This document shows positions 39,013 through 51,368 of a stretch of 64,000 nucleotides of DNA, piece by piece; position 1 is the first letter of the stretch; the number at the start of each line of letters is the position of its first letter. This DNA is from Scyliorhinus canicula. Lineage: Eukaryota. Location of the stretch: the NCBI RefSeq assembly GCF_902713615.1, contig NC_052148.1, positions 243,237,212 to 243,301,211 on the forward strand. Direction: 5' to 3'. The notes under the pieces were generated by a model that searched no databases, was not told the origin of the DNA, and saw nothing but the letters and a program-made list of their open reading frames with translations. The position numbers and the translations under genes are program-made.

Positions 39013-39949
39013 GCGGTTCCTAATGTAGGGGGTGCTGCATGCTGGGAGGGGTTGTGTCCCACATTGTTCACTTCCATCCCTTGAACACCCTGTACTCCCT
39101 TTTCTGCACTTTCTCCTGAGGGAAATTTTTACTACCTTCTCAAGGTCTAACAATGGCTCGGCGAGCAACATTCATTGAGTCGCCATATTGTTTATACCAC
39201 AAACCAAATCTCGGGAAGGGAAAGGCCATAATTGCAAAATTCAGCTAGTTTCCTCAAACAAACGGGTTAAGACCACGTTAACAGACTCCCCTACTGTCCT
39301 CTCAGCCGTGTTAAACTTGGTAACGTTGCAAGATGACCGACGACCTGGGGTCATAATGGTTTGCTACTAGTGCTACCAGCTCTTCAAAGGCCTAAGAGTC
39401 GAGGGCTGCAGAGTACATGAGGTTTTTCAATCACGCTGAAGATGGACGCTCTGCAGGCAGTCAAGACTATTACTGTTGGTCGCTTGTCACCATACAGCGT
39501 TAGCCCTGAAAAAGTATTGCATATGCTCTGCTTACTGTGTCCAGTCCGCCACGCTAGCATCAAACACATCAAATCTTCCAAAGAGCGGCATTTTAAATTC
39601 TGTGCAAAGCTTATTCTGGTAGTGCGGGGGGAGATGATGGTTTTCTCAACAGTTAGCAGCACTTGCTGTAACTCCACTTTGACCCTTGTCGCCAATTTAG
39701 TGGCCACAGAGGAGTCCAAACGAGAGTCGTAGAGAAAACAGTTTTATTGTTAAATTAATTGTATCCCTAGCATACTTCAGGTCCCAGAGAGGACTAACCA
39801 TACCCGGCTCTCATCTGGGCCGGCTTTTAAGCTAGACTCTATTTACTCCGCTGATGGGTCTCCACAACTCAGAGAGGAAGCTTGTATTCCAAGAGGCTCA
39901 TGAGGAGGCAAGTTGGCCCATCCATGTAGGCCTCGTGCAGATTACAACA

Positions 39950-40055
39950 GTCATCGTCAGACTTTAATCCCAGAGTTGGATTGAATTCAAATTTCACCAT
40001 CTGCTGCGGTGGGATTCGAACCCGGGTCCCCAGAGCATCACCCTGGGTCTCCTCT
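39950..40055 (-). mobile_element. DeuSINE-type SINE, 5' half
   Basis: Contains the reverse complement of the B box (GGGATTCGAACCCGGG); collinear with 44840-44935. Confidence 0.75.
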
Positions 40056-41434
40056 GAGTGAATGGAGACCAGACGTTTCTCTACTGAGCGGAAAGGAAAT
40101 GGCGGACAATGATATTGAGGCTGCTTCCATCTTACCACAAGCGGTCGGTGGTATGTACAGATGTTCGGGGCCAGGCCACGTGCCCATCGCTATCATTACA
40201 AACTGGTTGCTACAGAGAAACTGGCACCATTGTTTGCAGCTGATTTCAAAAATAAACTGCATGAATCAGGTTTAAGAGGAATTATGAGCCTCGCTCATCT
40301 TTGTCAAACACTAGATGCAGAACTTAATACTTTGTATCACCATTCCAGCTGCCTGTGGTTTCTGGAACGTTCTGGAATAGCGCATGTTATTTCTAAGTAA
40401 TATCCCTTCCATCGTGAATTTATCGTCATTCAGGAATATAAACCATTGTTGGGGTGGGTGGGGGTGGTGGGGGGGGGGGGGGGGGGGATGTATATCAGCA
40501 CAATATCCTGACACCAGACTGCACCTACTGTCCATTATAAACCTTTCCCAATTAAATATTCATAGCTGTCAGAAGAATATTTTCTCTCCCTAAAAGAGTG
40601 AAGTGAGGAAGTTAAGGATGAGTGAGGAACAGGGCTCTTAATGTTGAGAGCATGGATTCATTTTATGAATAGGGATGTCAGCAGTTGCCTTTGCAGTGTT
40701 CATCACTGTCAGACCTGGCGGGGTAACAGATAAGCAGATTGATCCAAGGCCACCCAGGCAAAATATCCTGGGAAGCCCTCATCAATCACTCCGCTTTTGG
40801 AATACCTACATGGAAGAGCCCACATCAGCGATCAAGAAAATAAAAAGGAAAATAAACCTTGCAGGCACTTCAGAGAAAAGTCTGAAATGTGAGAAAGCTC
40901 CACGCTGCACGTCAACCCAAATCTAGTAATAGTCCAGCTGTTAAAAAGAAAAAAAAATCAATTACAAATACAGGCCCACCCCTGGTTTTGAAGCCAAAAA
41001 ATCATTAGCAAATATCGCCGACCTGTCATTTGGATTCCAAAGGCAATCCTACATGCAGCAAAGTTTAGCAGCAGTCGGTGAGATGCTCACTTCAGAATGG
41101 ATACTCTGACATTGCTGTGCATCACTGAGCTTTTACATTTGCCACCTTCAATTCAGAATGAGACAGCATGAAAGGAACAAAAGGCATTTTTATTTCGTTA
41201 GGAAGAAGGTCTATAGCACACGCCCTCCTAGATACTCATGATTTTCAGTTATGTTAGATGTCCTAATTATCATTGATTCATGCCAGTAAAACTGTCAGAA
41301 GAATGATACTATGGGACAGAGGAATGATGCATTCTGCTGTTGTTGTCGGTGCTTTGGCAGCCAATTGGATTCCATTTAGCTGAAGCTGTTGTCTTTTGCT
41401 GCTTTCTTAATGTTTCAAAATAGCATTGTGATTC

Positions 41435-41907
41435 TTTTTGAAATTTTTTTATAGTGCCCAATTCTTTTCCAATTTAATGTGGATAATTCACAGACCCTCG
41501 GGGCAGCACAGTGGCACAGTTGTTAGCATTGCTGCTTCACGGCGCTGAGGTCCCAGGTTCAATCCTGGCTCTGGGTCACTGTCCGTGTGCAGTTTGCACA
41601 TTCTCCCCGTGTTTGCATGGATTTCGCCCCCACAATCCAAAAGGTGTGCAGGATAGATGGATTGGCCACACTAAATTGCCCCTTAATTGGAAAAAAAATT
41701 AATTGGGTACTTTAAATTTATTTTTAAAAAAGAATCACCTACCCTGCACATCTTTTTGGGTTATGGGGATTGTGGGGGTTAGATCCACGCAGACAGAGGG
41801 AGAATGTGCAATCTCCACACGGACAGTGACCCGGGGCTGGGATTGAACCTGGGTACTCAGCGCTGTGAGGCAGCAGTGCTAACCACTGTGCAACCGTGCT
41901 GTCCCCA
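41435..41907 (-). mobile_element. V-SINE interrupted by an opposite-strand V-SINE (41500-41730)
   Basis: Two heads facing each other; the outer element resumes at ~41733. Confidence 0.85.
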
Positions 41908-43525
41908 GCATTGTGATTTTAGCTGATTGATTATCTTAAATGCAGATGTCAGGATGTGTGTATTAGTGTACATACACACACAAACACGCACACAGAATCT
42001 TTCATGCAACCTGACTTGCCTTCCTCTGTAGATTAGCTTTGTCTTCGAATCATTTCATACAGAACCATTTCCATTGGGAAACCCTTTCTCTATTTGTCCT
42101 GTTATCATTTTGAACCATGGTGCATAATGGACATGTATCTTTAAGTCAAGCAGCAGAGAGAAGGAGGAAATTTAGTAGCTGCAACACAGCTGTTAGCTGT
42201 GGACAGCAACACCCAGACTTTTAGGTCTTTTGATGTCTCTCCCCCTCTCTCTCTGGGGGGCTGGAGTTGACCGTGTTTTAACCCACTGTGTCGTAGCACA
42301 GTGCTGTGGGAAGAAAAGATAGAACAAAATATTAACAGTTTGTACAAACTCATGATAAATGCAGGCTTAGAAATTTGTTGCCGGCCAGATTTGGGCATGA
42401 AGTGGGGTGGGGAAAGGGGAGTGTAAGGAATGATACTTGCTCCCAGATAGTGACACCTGGCATTGTGGTCCTACTTGTCCCTCGTTGCTAATAAGCTGGT
42501 GAACCAGACACACCAAGATAGGCAACTCACTAGTGAAGTGAGATGCAAGGGGTGGGGGTTTCCCAATGCCAAGTGAAGGGCAATGAAAGGGGGCAGAGAA
42601 AGGTGATGTTCGAGTTGGAAAATGGGGCGATCAGGTTGGGACATTGTGGCTAGTGATTGTTGGAGGGGGGGGGGGGGGGGGGGAGGGTGCTGATTAGGAG
42701 GGAATGGTGACCACCAGTTTCCGTGTTCTTTGAATAGGGGGAAGGGGAGGAGAAAGCCTATTGCTCCCAGATCTGTATTCAGGTGAGTATGCTTCAAAAG
42801 TTTACCTGGTTGGAGCATAACAAGCGGGTTAGACACACTAACCTTTCAGAGTTTAATTAGCAAATGAATTTCACAGCTGGGACCACAGCCAGGATTTAGA
42901 TCCTTTGCTCTAGTTAGAGGGCTGCTGCCAGGTTTTTGGTCTTTAACTACATGGTGAACGACACACCTCTTAATATTTCCGTGAATCCCATCCCGCATAT
43001 TAGAGGCTTAGGAGATCATTCAATAGCGGCGTGCGGGGGATTTCCTCGATCTAGGCAACAGGAAAATTAAAATTATTCAGAGGGAAGGGGTTAAAACATT
43101 TACTCTAATATATTGTTCCAATCAAAATACAGTAAAATGGGCTGCTGATTCACGATCATACATTTCACACTCGTGTACAAAGTCAAAATGACCCTCCTTG
43201 CCTTCCCTACTTTTGTAAAAGGGTACAGCGCTGTGGTGCTTGTTTATTCCTCAGTCCAGTGTTTCACTAGTGCGAGTAAACAGAGGAAGGTATCACCCCA
43301 AATGACTGGTTAAAATTAAATAGGCCCAGCAAAGGAACAGCTGGCAAATTACAAAGCTGTAAAAGAGTTGCTGCAAAAGCAGCTGGCGTTGTTAATCAAG
43401 CATATAAGATCCTCTCTCACTCAGGCTGCTAAATGCAAAAGACCTCACCTCAAAAGGTTGGTTCAAAAATGTGGCTGAATGCTGGAAGCTTCGATGGTTG
43501 TCCTTTTGGAAGCTTGAAATGAAAT

Positions 43526-43817
43526 TGTGGTGAATGTATAAATACTGTTAATTCACCAGTATACTGTATTACGTTATACTATGTTATTAACCCTGTGGGC
43601 TCCATCTATGGGCCATTGTGTGGCTTCACCCACAGGGGGAGATGTGGAGCATCTACGGGCTCCGCCCATGGCCCCGCCCCTTATAGGAAGTATAAGAGCA
43701 GCAGACCTGCGGGACCGCCTTCAGTATTGTAACGGTCGCAGGCAGGCAAAGTTGTAAGTTGATTAAAACCACTGTTTACTTCGACACGTGTCTTCGAGTG
43801 AATTGATGGTTGCATCA
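43526..43817 (+). mobile_element. Solo LTR related to Gypsy B
   Basis: Starts TGTGGTGAATGTA and ends GAATTGATGGTTGCATCA like the B LTRs; 5-bp TSD GAAAT. Confidence 0.92.
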
Positions 43818-44476
43818 GAAATGCGGTGGCAGAAAAGTAAGCCCCGACTGAGCAAGTGGAAAGATTGAAAAAGGTTAACAAAATAATGTACCAAAAAGAG
43901 AAAATAATAAGATATAGGCTAAGTAGGAATTGCTATATACATTAATACATCAATGCCAAGAGCTATCAAAGCAAAACTGGGAAACTAGAATCATTGATTA
44001 TAATTTTAAAAATCATGACATAATAGCAGCAACTTAAACATAGGTCAGCATTTGCAATTAAATATTCCAGCTTATAAAATGTTCAGGGGGGATAGGGAAG
44101 GAAGATAAAGAGAAGATATCACAGTCTTAATTAGAAATACTATTACAGCACTACATCATCGGAATTTAAATAGCCAAATTATTGAAACAGAATTCCTTTT
44201 GACAGAGCTGAGGAAAAGCAAGACATTAATCAGATTACTGAGAGTATATTCCAGACTGTTGAATGGCAGAAAGGAGACTGAGGAAGAAATGTGTACGGTA
44301 ATTAGAGAGGCATGAATTAATAATAGTTACAGTCGTCGGAATTATTTGAAAATAAGATAAGAAATATGTTTGTGAAGTGAATAGAGGAGTTTATTTTAAA
44401 TAGTGTATTCAAAACTGATCTCTTGATCAATGTATTGCTGCTCCAACAAGGAGGGAAGAACTATTTGACTTGGATA

Positions 44477-44645
44477 AAAGCAAAACATTGCGGCTGCTGG
44501 TGATCTAAAATGAAAACAGAACTTTCTGGGAAATCTCAGCAGGTCTGGCAGCATCCGTGGGGAAAGAAACAGAATTAACTTTTGGAGTCCAGTATGGCTC
44601 TTCTTTGGGTTCTTCTGGCATTTTCTGTTTTTATTTAATTGTTTG
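44477..44645 (-). mobile_element. Penelope-like terminal-repeat derivative
   Basis: CTCAGCAGGTCTGGCAGCATC core, also at 48570-48680 and 52730-52942. The family call comes from recalled similarity to shark Penelope repeats. Confidence 0.55.
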
Positions 44646-44785
44646 GCTTGGTCCTGGGTAATGAGCAAGTAAGCAACTAAACATAGACAAACATTTAGCA
44701 AAAATTGACCACAATATAGCTAGCTTCTGTGCAACGATATAAAGAGGCGAAAAAAGACATAAAGGTATTGCCGTGCAGAAATGTG

Positions 44786-45178
44786 GGGAAGCAGTAGTGT
44801 TGTAGTAATGTCACTGGACTAGTAATCAGGAGACGCAAAATATTGCTCTGGGACCTGGGTCCAAATCCCACCAGAGCAAATGGTGAAATTTGAATTCGGT
44901 AAAAAAATTTAGAATTAAAAGTCGAAGGATGACCCTGAAACCATTGTGGATTGTTGTAAAAACCCATCTGGTTCACTCATGTCCTTTTAGGGAAGGAAAT
45001 CTGCCACCCTTACCTGGTTTGATCTACATGTGACTCCAGACCCTCAGCAATGTGGTTGACTCTTGAATGCCTTCTGAAATGCCTTAGGAAACCATTTAGT
45101 TCAAGGGCAATTAGGGATGGGCAATAAATGCTGGCCCAGCCAGCAGCGTCCACAGCCCCTGAACCAGTTTTAAAAAAA
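44786..45178 (+). mobile_element. DeuSINE-type (SacSINE1-like) SINE
   Basis: tRNA-like head, ACATGTGACTCCAGACCC core, tail GGGCAATTAGGGATGGGCAATAAATGCTGGCC. Confidence 0.75.
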
Positions 45179-46124
45179 TGCAAGTTATAATGAGTGAAAC
45201 AGAACCTTCTTCAGGTTAAATGGAGGAAAGGTGTACAGATAGAAGTGTAGATCAGCAATGGGAAATATTTAAACAGTAGATGGGAAGGATACAAATCAAT
45301 TACATTCCAATAAGGAAAGAGGGAAATGTACTAAAGGATGGAGTTTTGTGGACATCTATAGCATCCATCTCTTTGACAAAGATCTCAATTACAATCTGTG
45401 TTTCTTCTCTGTGTAACAGATTGGAGGCACTATCTCTTCCAACTTCAACAAGCTAGGTGAATGGTTGCAGACAAGTCTAAGGCAGGTTTTACTGAGCTCA
45501 TTGGTATCAATAGGTCTGTTTTTCCACTGATTAGTGGTCATGAATAATCAGTGCTGAATACCAGTGGCATGGCAGGAATATTCCCAGATGATGGTACTGT
45601 TCTCAGGAAAGTGGCAGATGTATCTGCACGCATGTTGCAGAAGAGGTTTAAGAAGGAATGTTCACATGGCAACATTGGAGGTTGCAGAGTACAATAGATC
45701 CAATGCAAGCATTAGACGCCCTGAAGTGAGAACTACCTTAGTGTCAATTTTGGAAATCAATAACCAACACCCTTTTTCACTTGCCACTCAGATAGCACTT
45801 AGATGAAGCACAAGATTGGATTTAAGAGTTCATGTTTCGCACATTGGCACCAAAGAGAAACATGTTGGTAAGAGGAAGTGGGCACATAATCACACACAAG
45901 GGCAATTAGGATTGGGCAATAAATGCTGACCTAGCCAGCGATGCCCACATCCTGAGAAAAATTAATTTAAAAAAAAATTCAGACCCATACTTGCGGATAT
46001 TCACCTGAACAGAGGCACATACAAAGATAGCATGAGTTGAGAATGAAATGCTGGCACTATTTTTTTTGACATGAATATATGTATTTTTAAAGATATGGAA
46101 AGAATATTGTTGAAAAGAAAGACA

Positions 46125-46308
46125 TGAAATGAAATGAAAATCGCTTATTGTCACGAGTAGGCTTCAAATGAAGTTACTGTGAAAAGTCCCTAGTCGCCAC
46201 ATTCCGGCGCCTGTTCGGTGAGGCTGTTACGGGAATCGAACCGTGCTGCTGGCTTGCCTTGGTCTGCTTTCAAAGCCAGCGATTAGCCCTGTGAGCTAAA
46301 CAGCCCCT
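46125..46308 (-). mobile_element. SINE family S2
   Basis: Highly similar to 2103-2284; ACATG on both flanks. Confidence 0.9.
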
Positions 46309-46328
46309 AAATGCCCCTAAACATGCTA

Positions 46329-47063
46329 CAGTAGTCCCCCTTTATAACGCGGGTGTTGGGGTCCAAGACAGCCACCCGCGTTGTATCCGAGCCGCGGATA
46401 TCCATGATGGGGGTTTTAAATTTATTTAAAAATCTATGCTAGCGCTTCCCATTGTGAGTCTACGGGGGGCGGGGGGAGAGGTCAGACCCCCGTAGACTCA
46501 CAATGGGAAGCGCTAGCATAGATTTTTAAATAAATTTAAAACCCCCATCGTGGATCCAATTAAAACTGTGTCAATTTCAGCGGCCGGCTCACTTTGATCC
46601 GGAGAGGGAAGCTGCTCTCTCACTGAAACAATCAGCCGGCCGCTGAAATTGACACTGCCCGCTGCTCTCTCCCTCCAATCCAACTTTTAAGTTTTAATGT
46701 TTCTGATTGGAGGGAGAGAGCAGCCGGCAGTGTCAATTTCAGCGGACGGCTCACTTTGATCCGGAGAGGGAAGCTGCTCTCTCACTGAAGCAATCAGCCG
46801 GCCGCTGAAATTGACACTGCCCGCTGCTCTCTCCCTCCAATCAGAAACATTAAAACTTAAAAGTTGCATTGGAGGGAGAGAGCAGTGGGCAGTGTCAATT
46901 TCAGCGGCCGGCTGATTGCTTCAGTGAGAGAGCAGCTTCCCTCTCCGGATCAAAGTGAGCCGGCCGCTGAAATTGACACAACTGACAGTTGGGGTCCATA
47001 AGCCCCCCCGCGGTATATCGCGAACCGCGGTATTGCGGAGCGCGGTATAACGGGGGACTACTG
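46329..47063. mobile_element. Tc1/mariner (pogo/Tigger-like) MITE
   Basis: TIRs CAGTAGTCCCCCTTTATA...TATAACGGGGGACTACTG, with TA on both flanks. Confidence 0.88.
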
Positions 47064-47079
47064 TATTGAGGTTTTAATC

Positions 47080-47790
47080 TTGCACTCCTCGGGACAAACT
47101 CAAGAATGCCAAATGATCCCAACTTTTGCTGGGCTCCAGGTTTTCATGATTGGATCCTCTATGTGTACACTTTGTTCTTTCAAAGGGTCAGGTCGGAATT
47201 TAGCATGTGTGTTGAAGTACCAACCACCTCTTTCCTGTGCTTCAGTGAGTTATTGTCTCACTTCCTCCTGGCCACGTGGAGGATGACTTTTGCTCAGCAG
47301 TGTAGTCTTGTATTTTCTTCCTTTCGAGAACTCTGCAGGTGATTTCATATCAGCTTTGACAATGAGGCAAAGTTTGGATCTTCCTTTGTCTCTCTACATT
47401 TCACAAGGTTGACTATCTGGATGTGTTTTTCTATAAGCCTGTGTCCTCGAGGGTTCTATGGTGGTGAAGTGACGATGTTAAACCTATGCTGCTCAGTGAA
47501 TTCCTTAACTTCCTTGGATACGAACAGAGTGCCATTGTCACATATCAATCTTTCAGGAACCCCTTGCTCAGCAAACAGAACTCGTACTGCTGAGATGATA
47601 GTTATGGCTCTGAACTCTTTTGTCTTCTGGATAAAAGGGGATTTTGAGTAGTAATCTGTGACCAATACCACTCTTGATTGTATGTGAATAAATCGACTCC
47701 CATAATGTGCCATCGTCTGGGTGGTACCTCAGTTCCTATCATCTCCACTTTCTGTTGTGTATTCCTGTACATCAGGGTGTGCAGAACCTT
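47080..47790 (-). pseudogene. Degenerate Gypsy integrase relic
   Basis: VTDYYSK...FAEQGVPERLICDNG...FNIVTSPP (47456-47713). Confidence 0.78.
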
Positions 47791-48569
47791 GGATTAGTTG
47801 ATCTGTCAGCCTTTCATTTGCGTCCTCAAACTTATATTTTCTAGCTGTACTTTTGGTCTTGTTACATAGTTATCAATAGATTTGCCTAATTCCTGTATGA
47901 AGCCTTGAAATTCGTACTAGTAGATCTGATGATTTGATTTGGGTGCAGATGGGTGTTGAGTCTTTTAAGAATGTTCTCTTAGCTTTTGCTGTCCTCTTCA
48001 GTAAACCCTTAGATGTTAAGTAAATTGAAACCTTTATGATTAAATGAGGAAGGGCATTGGAGGTAGGGTGGATCTGTGTGGGAAGAGGCCGGACTAGAGG
48101 GAAAAAGACAACGGGAGATCGGAAGAAAGCAGTTCCACGGCAAGAACAGGTTGAAATGATGGGTCTGCCAGGGCAGTTCTATTTATGGACATTGGGAAGG
48201 TGGTAGGAGAAAGACATGAGGTTGGAGGCCTCGTAATCTCCAAGTAGAAGAACGCCATGAGGTTGGAGGCCTCGTAACCTCCAACCACAGCTCGCTCCTA
48301 CCTCATCCTCAATATCTTTCATTTACTGGTTACCGTCTCTCAGTTGATGTGGGTGATTGACATGGGGCGAAACAGAGGGATCGTGACCCAAATCAAAGGG
48401 GCCAGTTTCATCACCATCATCATTTTCCTCCCTCTCCTCTGCTTCATCACACTTCAAAGAAGCTGTTAGGTTAGAATCCACTATCACCACCCAAAAAGAT
48501 GGAGGAAGAATTAAATTAAAATAATTTTCTTTGATCAAAATGAAAATTGGGAGAGATGCAAGAAGAACT

Positions 48570-48680
48570 TTGACAAAGGGTCACCTGGACTCGAAACTAC
48601 AGATGCTGCCAGACCTGCTGAGATTTTCCAGCATTTTCTCTTTGGTTTCAGATTCCAGCATCCGCAGTAATTTGCTTTTA
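48570..48680 (+). mobile_element. Penelope-like terminal-repeat derivative
   Basis: GATGCTGCCAGACCTGCTGAG core preceded by TGACAAAGGGTC...GACTCGAAAC. Confidence 0.55.
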
Positions 48681-50318
48681 TGCAAGGAGAACTGTTGACT
48701 TCCTATAGCCCATTTCATACTACTGTACAGAGTCAAACTTAAAATTGATAAGTCCACCAAAATAATTTCTGTGAGCACAAATGAATCTCATGGCCTTTCT
48801 CATCCATGGCACGGCATAAGATAATTGACTTACTTCGAACATTGAAGATGCATTCTGAAGATTCAGCCACTTCTGCCCTGTGGCTCTCACCGTTCCATTT
48901 AATTATTCTCTGTTACTTACCTGACGGGCTGACAGACGATTGAACAACACTGAGAGGGGAATGTGCAGCAGGCAGTGAGACGTTAGGAACCGGAGACGGC
49001 CCAAGCCAGCCCTGCCTCTTGGATGGACACAGATTTGCGGCAGCACCTGAGCCTGAAGGATGCTGCATGTAATTAAAGTTACCATTTTGATTTCAACTGT
49101 TAATAATTCTCCTGTTACTTCCCAGCAAGCCTTTCTCTTCAGTCACAGTAACAGCTTCAGGTCTTTATCAGAGAAATTAAAGACTGTGCCTGGGTGCTGT
49201 CCTTGGCATGGATTTAGCTGGTGTTCATCGGGAATGCTGCCACAAATGCTTCAAATCTTTGGGCATCTGGAAATGTTGCTACTGCTCCTGTGTTTTTAGA
49301 GTAGATAAATGGTAAATATTCAGTGGAATTGAACATGTTGACAGATGTCCTCACAGAACTCACACACTGCTTTTTCTTCTGTGGAGCAGATGCCACTTTA
49401 AGTTGCTACAGGCTTTTAAAGGTTCCAGCAACAAATTTACTCCCTCGCTGGGAACACAATTCCTGCTAGGAATTCCTGCTAGGCTCCCCCCACCTCCCCC
49501 GACCTGTCCATGATTATTAGCTGGCCTTGTGAGTTCCAGCAGAGCCAACGGCGCACATCACTGACAAGTAAAAGTCCCATCTGGCCCTGTTGTCAGCCCG
49601 ACCTTCCTTCAAGCCATGAGGGCATTCAGGACCACTATCATTGGTGCCCCATGAGGAATGCCTGTTCCGCAACTAGATTGTATACTTAAGGAATACTTTT
49701 TGGTTTGCCTTTAAATCTATTCACGCTGAACCAAACAGTGGCAAGTACATTAAAATTGAAACTAAACAACTGACCACTGACTGTCTGAGGCCTGCATGAC
49801 TAAATTTTCCGGTGGACCCAAAATGGAAAGCTAGCATTCTCATGGATTAATTTTCAGATGCCAATTTGGATTAAGTAGCAAAACATATAGCTCTTGAGGG
49901 ATCATTGGAGGTTGGTTTAAACATATCGCAGGTAAGTTGTGAAAATAAATAGAGTGGGATTCGATCTGGTCTCGAAATTTTTCTGACTGATGCCCCTTAG
50001 GATTGCCTTCCACTCCCTTTAAGAGAATACTTCAGGCTTAATTGAAAGTGCGGTGGAGCCGATGGATCTCCTACCCTCACCCCCACCCCTCCGCCTCCCC
50101 AGTGGCAGCCTCCCCTCCGTGCTTCTTGAACACAAGGAACTCAATGGCCAGTTTCAAGTGCATCCTGGACACAAGATTGTTCAGGCCTGTCAGCTCACGA
50201 ATGATGCACTCACTCCGCTCGATGCCTGCTCTAAATTAACAATTGTCACCAGTGTGCTTGCAGCATTCCAAGCATAAATTTGTAAATTGATAATGAGTAT
50301 GGGTGTGGCTGCAAATAC

Positions 50319-51368
50319 GGGCGGCACTGTAGCACAGTGTTAGCACTGATGCTTCACAGCGCCAGGGACCCGGACTCGATTCCCGGCTTGGGTCACTGTC
50401 TTTTCGGAGTCTGCACGTTCTCCCCGTGTCTGCGTGGGTTTCGTTCGGGTACTCTGGTTTACTCCAACAAGTCCCAAAAGACATGGGGCGCGATTCTCCG
50501 CACTCCCGACGGTGCGGAGAATAGCGTGGCTCGTAAAATTTTATGGCCACGCTGTTCCGACGCCCTCCCGCTATTCTCCCCCCCCCCCCCCCCCCCCCCC
50601 CCCCACGCCTGACTCCCGATACGAATTGCTGCCGCCGTTTTTTTACGGCCGGCAGCGATTCTCAGCTGATGGATGGGCCGAGTTCCCAGCCCTTTACGGC
50701 TGTTTTTACGAACGGCAAACACACCTGGTCTGGCCGTTCGTAAAAACGGCCGTAAACTGTCGATTTTTAAAACCATGGCACCGATTGGCACGGCAGTACC
50801 ACGGCCGTGCCAAGGGTGCCATGGGCCTGCGATCGGTGGGCAGTGGACCCGATGCCCGCGCACTCTTTGTCCTTCCGCCGCCCCGCAGTATCCATTCGCG
50901 GGGCGGCTGAGGGGCATCCCAGCCCGCGCATGCGCAGGTTTCGCGCAAATGCGCGATGACGTCATCCGCGCATGCGCGGGTTGGTGTCTTCCAATCCGCG
51001 CATGCACGGCTGACGTCATATGACGCGTCAGCCGGCGCTAACTCTGGCAAGCGGGCTTAACGAAATTCGTTAAGCCCGCGATGCCGGAGTTTACGGCGTC
51101 GGGATGCTAGCCCCGACCGGGGACCAGAATCGGTTCCCGGTCGGGAAGGGGGGGGCTGGCGTCAAACCCGCCCGGATTTGACGCCAGCCTTACGATTTCT
51201 CCCCATATGGGAGAATCGCGCCCATGTTTGTTAGGTGAATTGGACTCTCTCAATTCTCCCTCTGTGTACCTGAACAGGCGCCGGAGTGTGGCGACTAGGG
51301 GATCTTCACAGTAACTTCGTTGCAGTGTTAATGTAAGCCTACTTGTGACAATAATAAAAATGATTATT
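50319..51368 (+). mobile_element. V-SINE (GGCGACTAGGG tail) split by a MITE
   Basis: 50319-50485 and 51224-51368 are collinear with 18660-18910. Confidence 0.88.
50486..51223. mobile_element. Young PIF/Harbinger MITE (738 bp)
   Basis: Perfect 14-bp TIR GGGCGCGATTCTCC/GGAGAATCGCGCCC; 3-bp TSD ATG; CpGs largely intact. Confidence 0.92.

Larger units (their letters stand above)
27756..39949 (-). mobile_element. Old Gypsy LTR retrotransposon A, carrying nested insertions
   Basis: Diverged LTRs 27756-28003 and ~39696-39949; flanking GTCAT duplication; tRNA-type PBS TGGCGACAAG (39694-39685); PPT ~28004-28014. Pol relics: LGRDW (~38680), RT YPIPRIEE...YLDDVLV (36285-36558), integrase VVDAHSKW...TDNG (28421-28954). 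Confidence 0.88.
43930..45360 (+). mobile_element. Ancient CR1 ORF2 endonuclease-region relic, interrupted
   Basis: YINAKS...KLESLI...HDIIAAT resembles the APE endonuclease N-terminus; heavily decayed. Confidence 0.6.
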
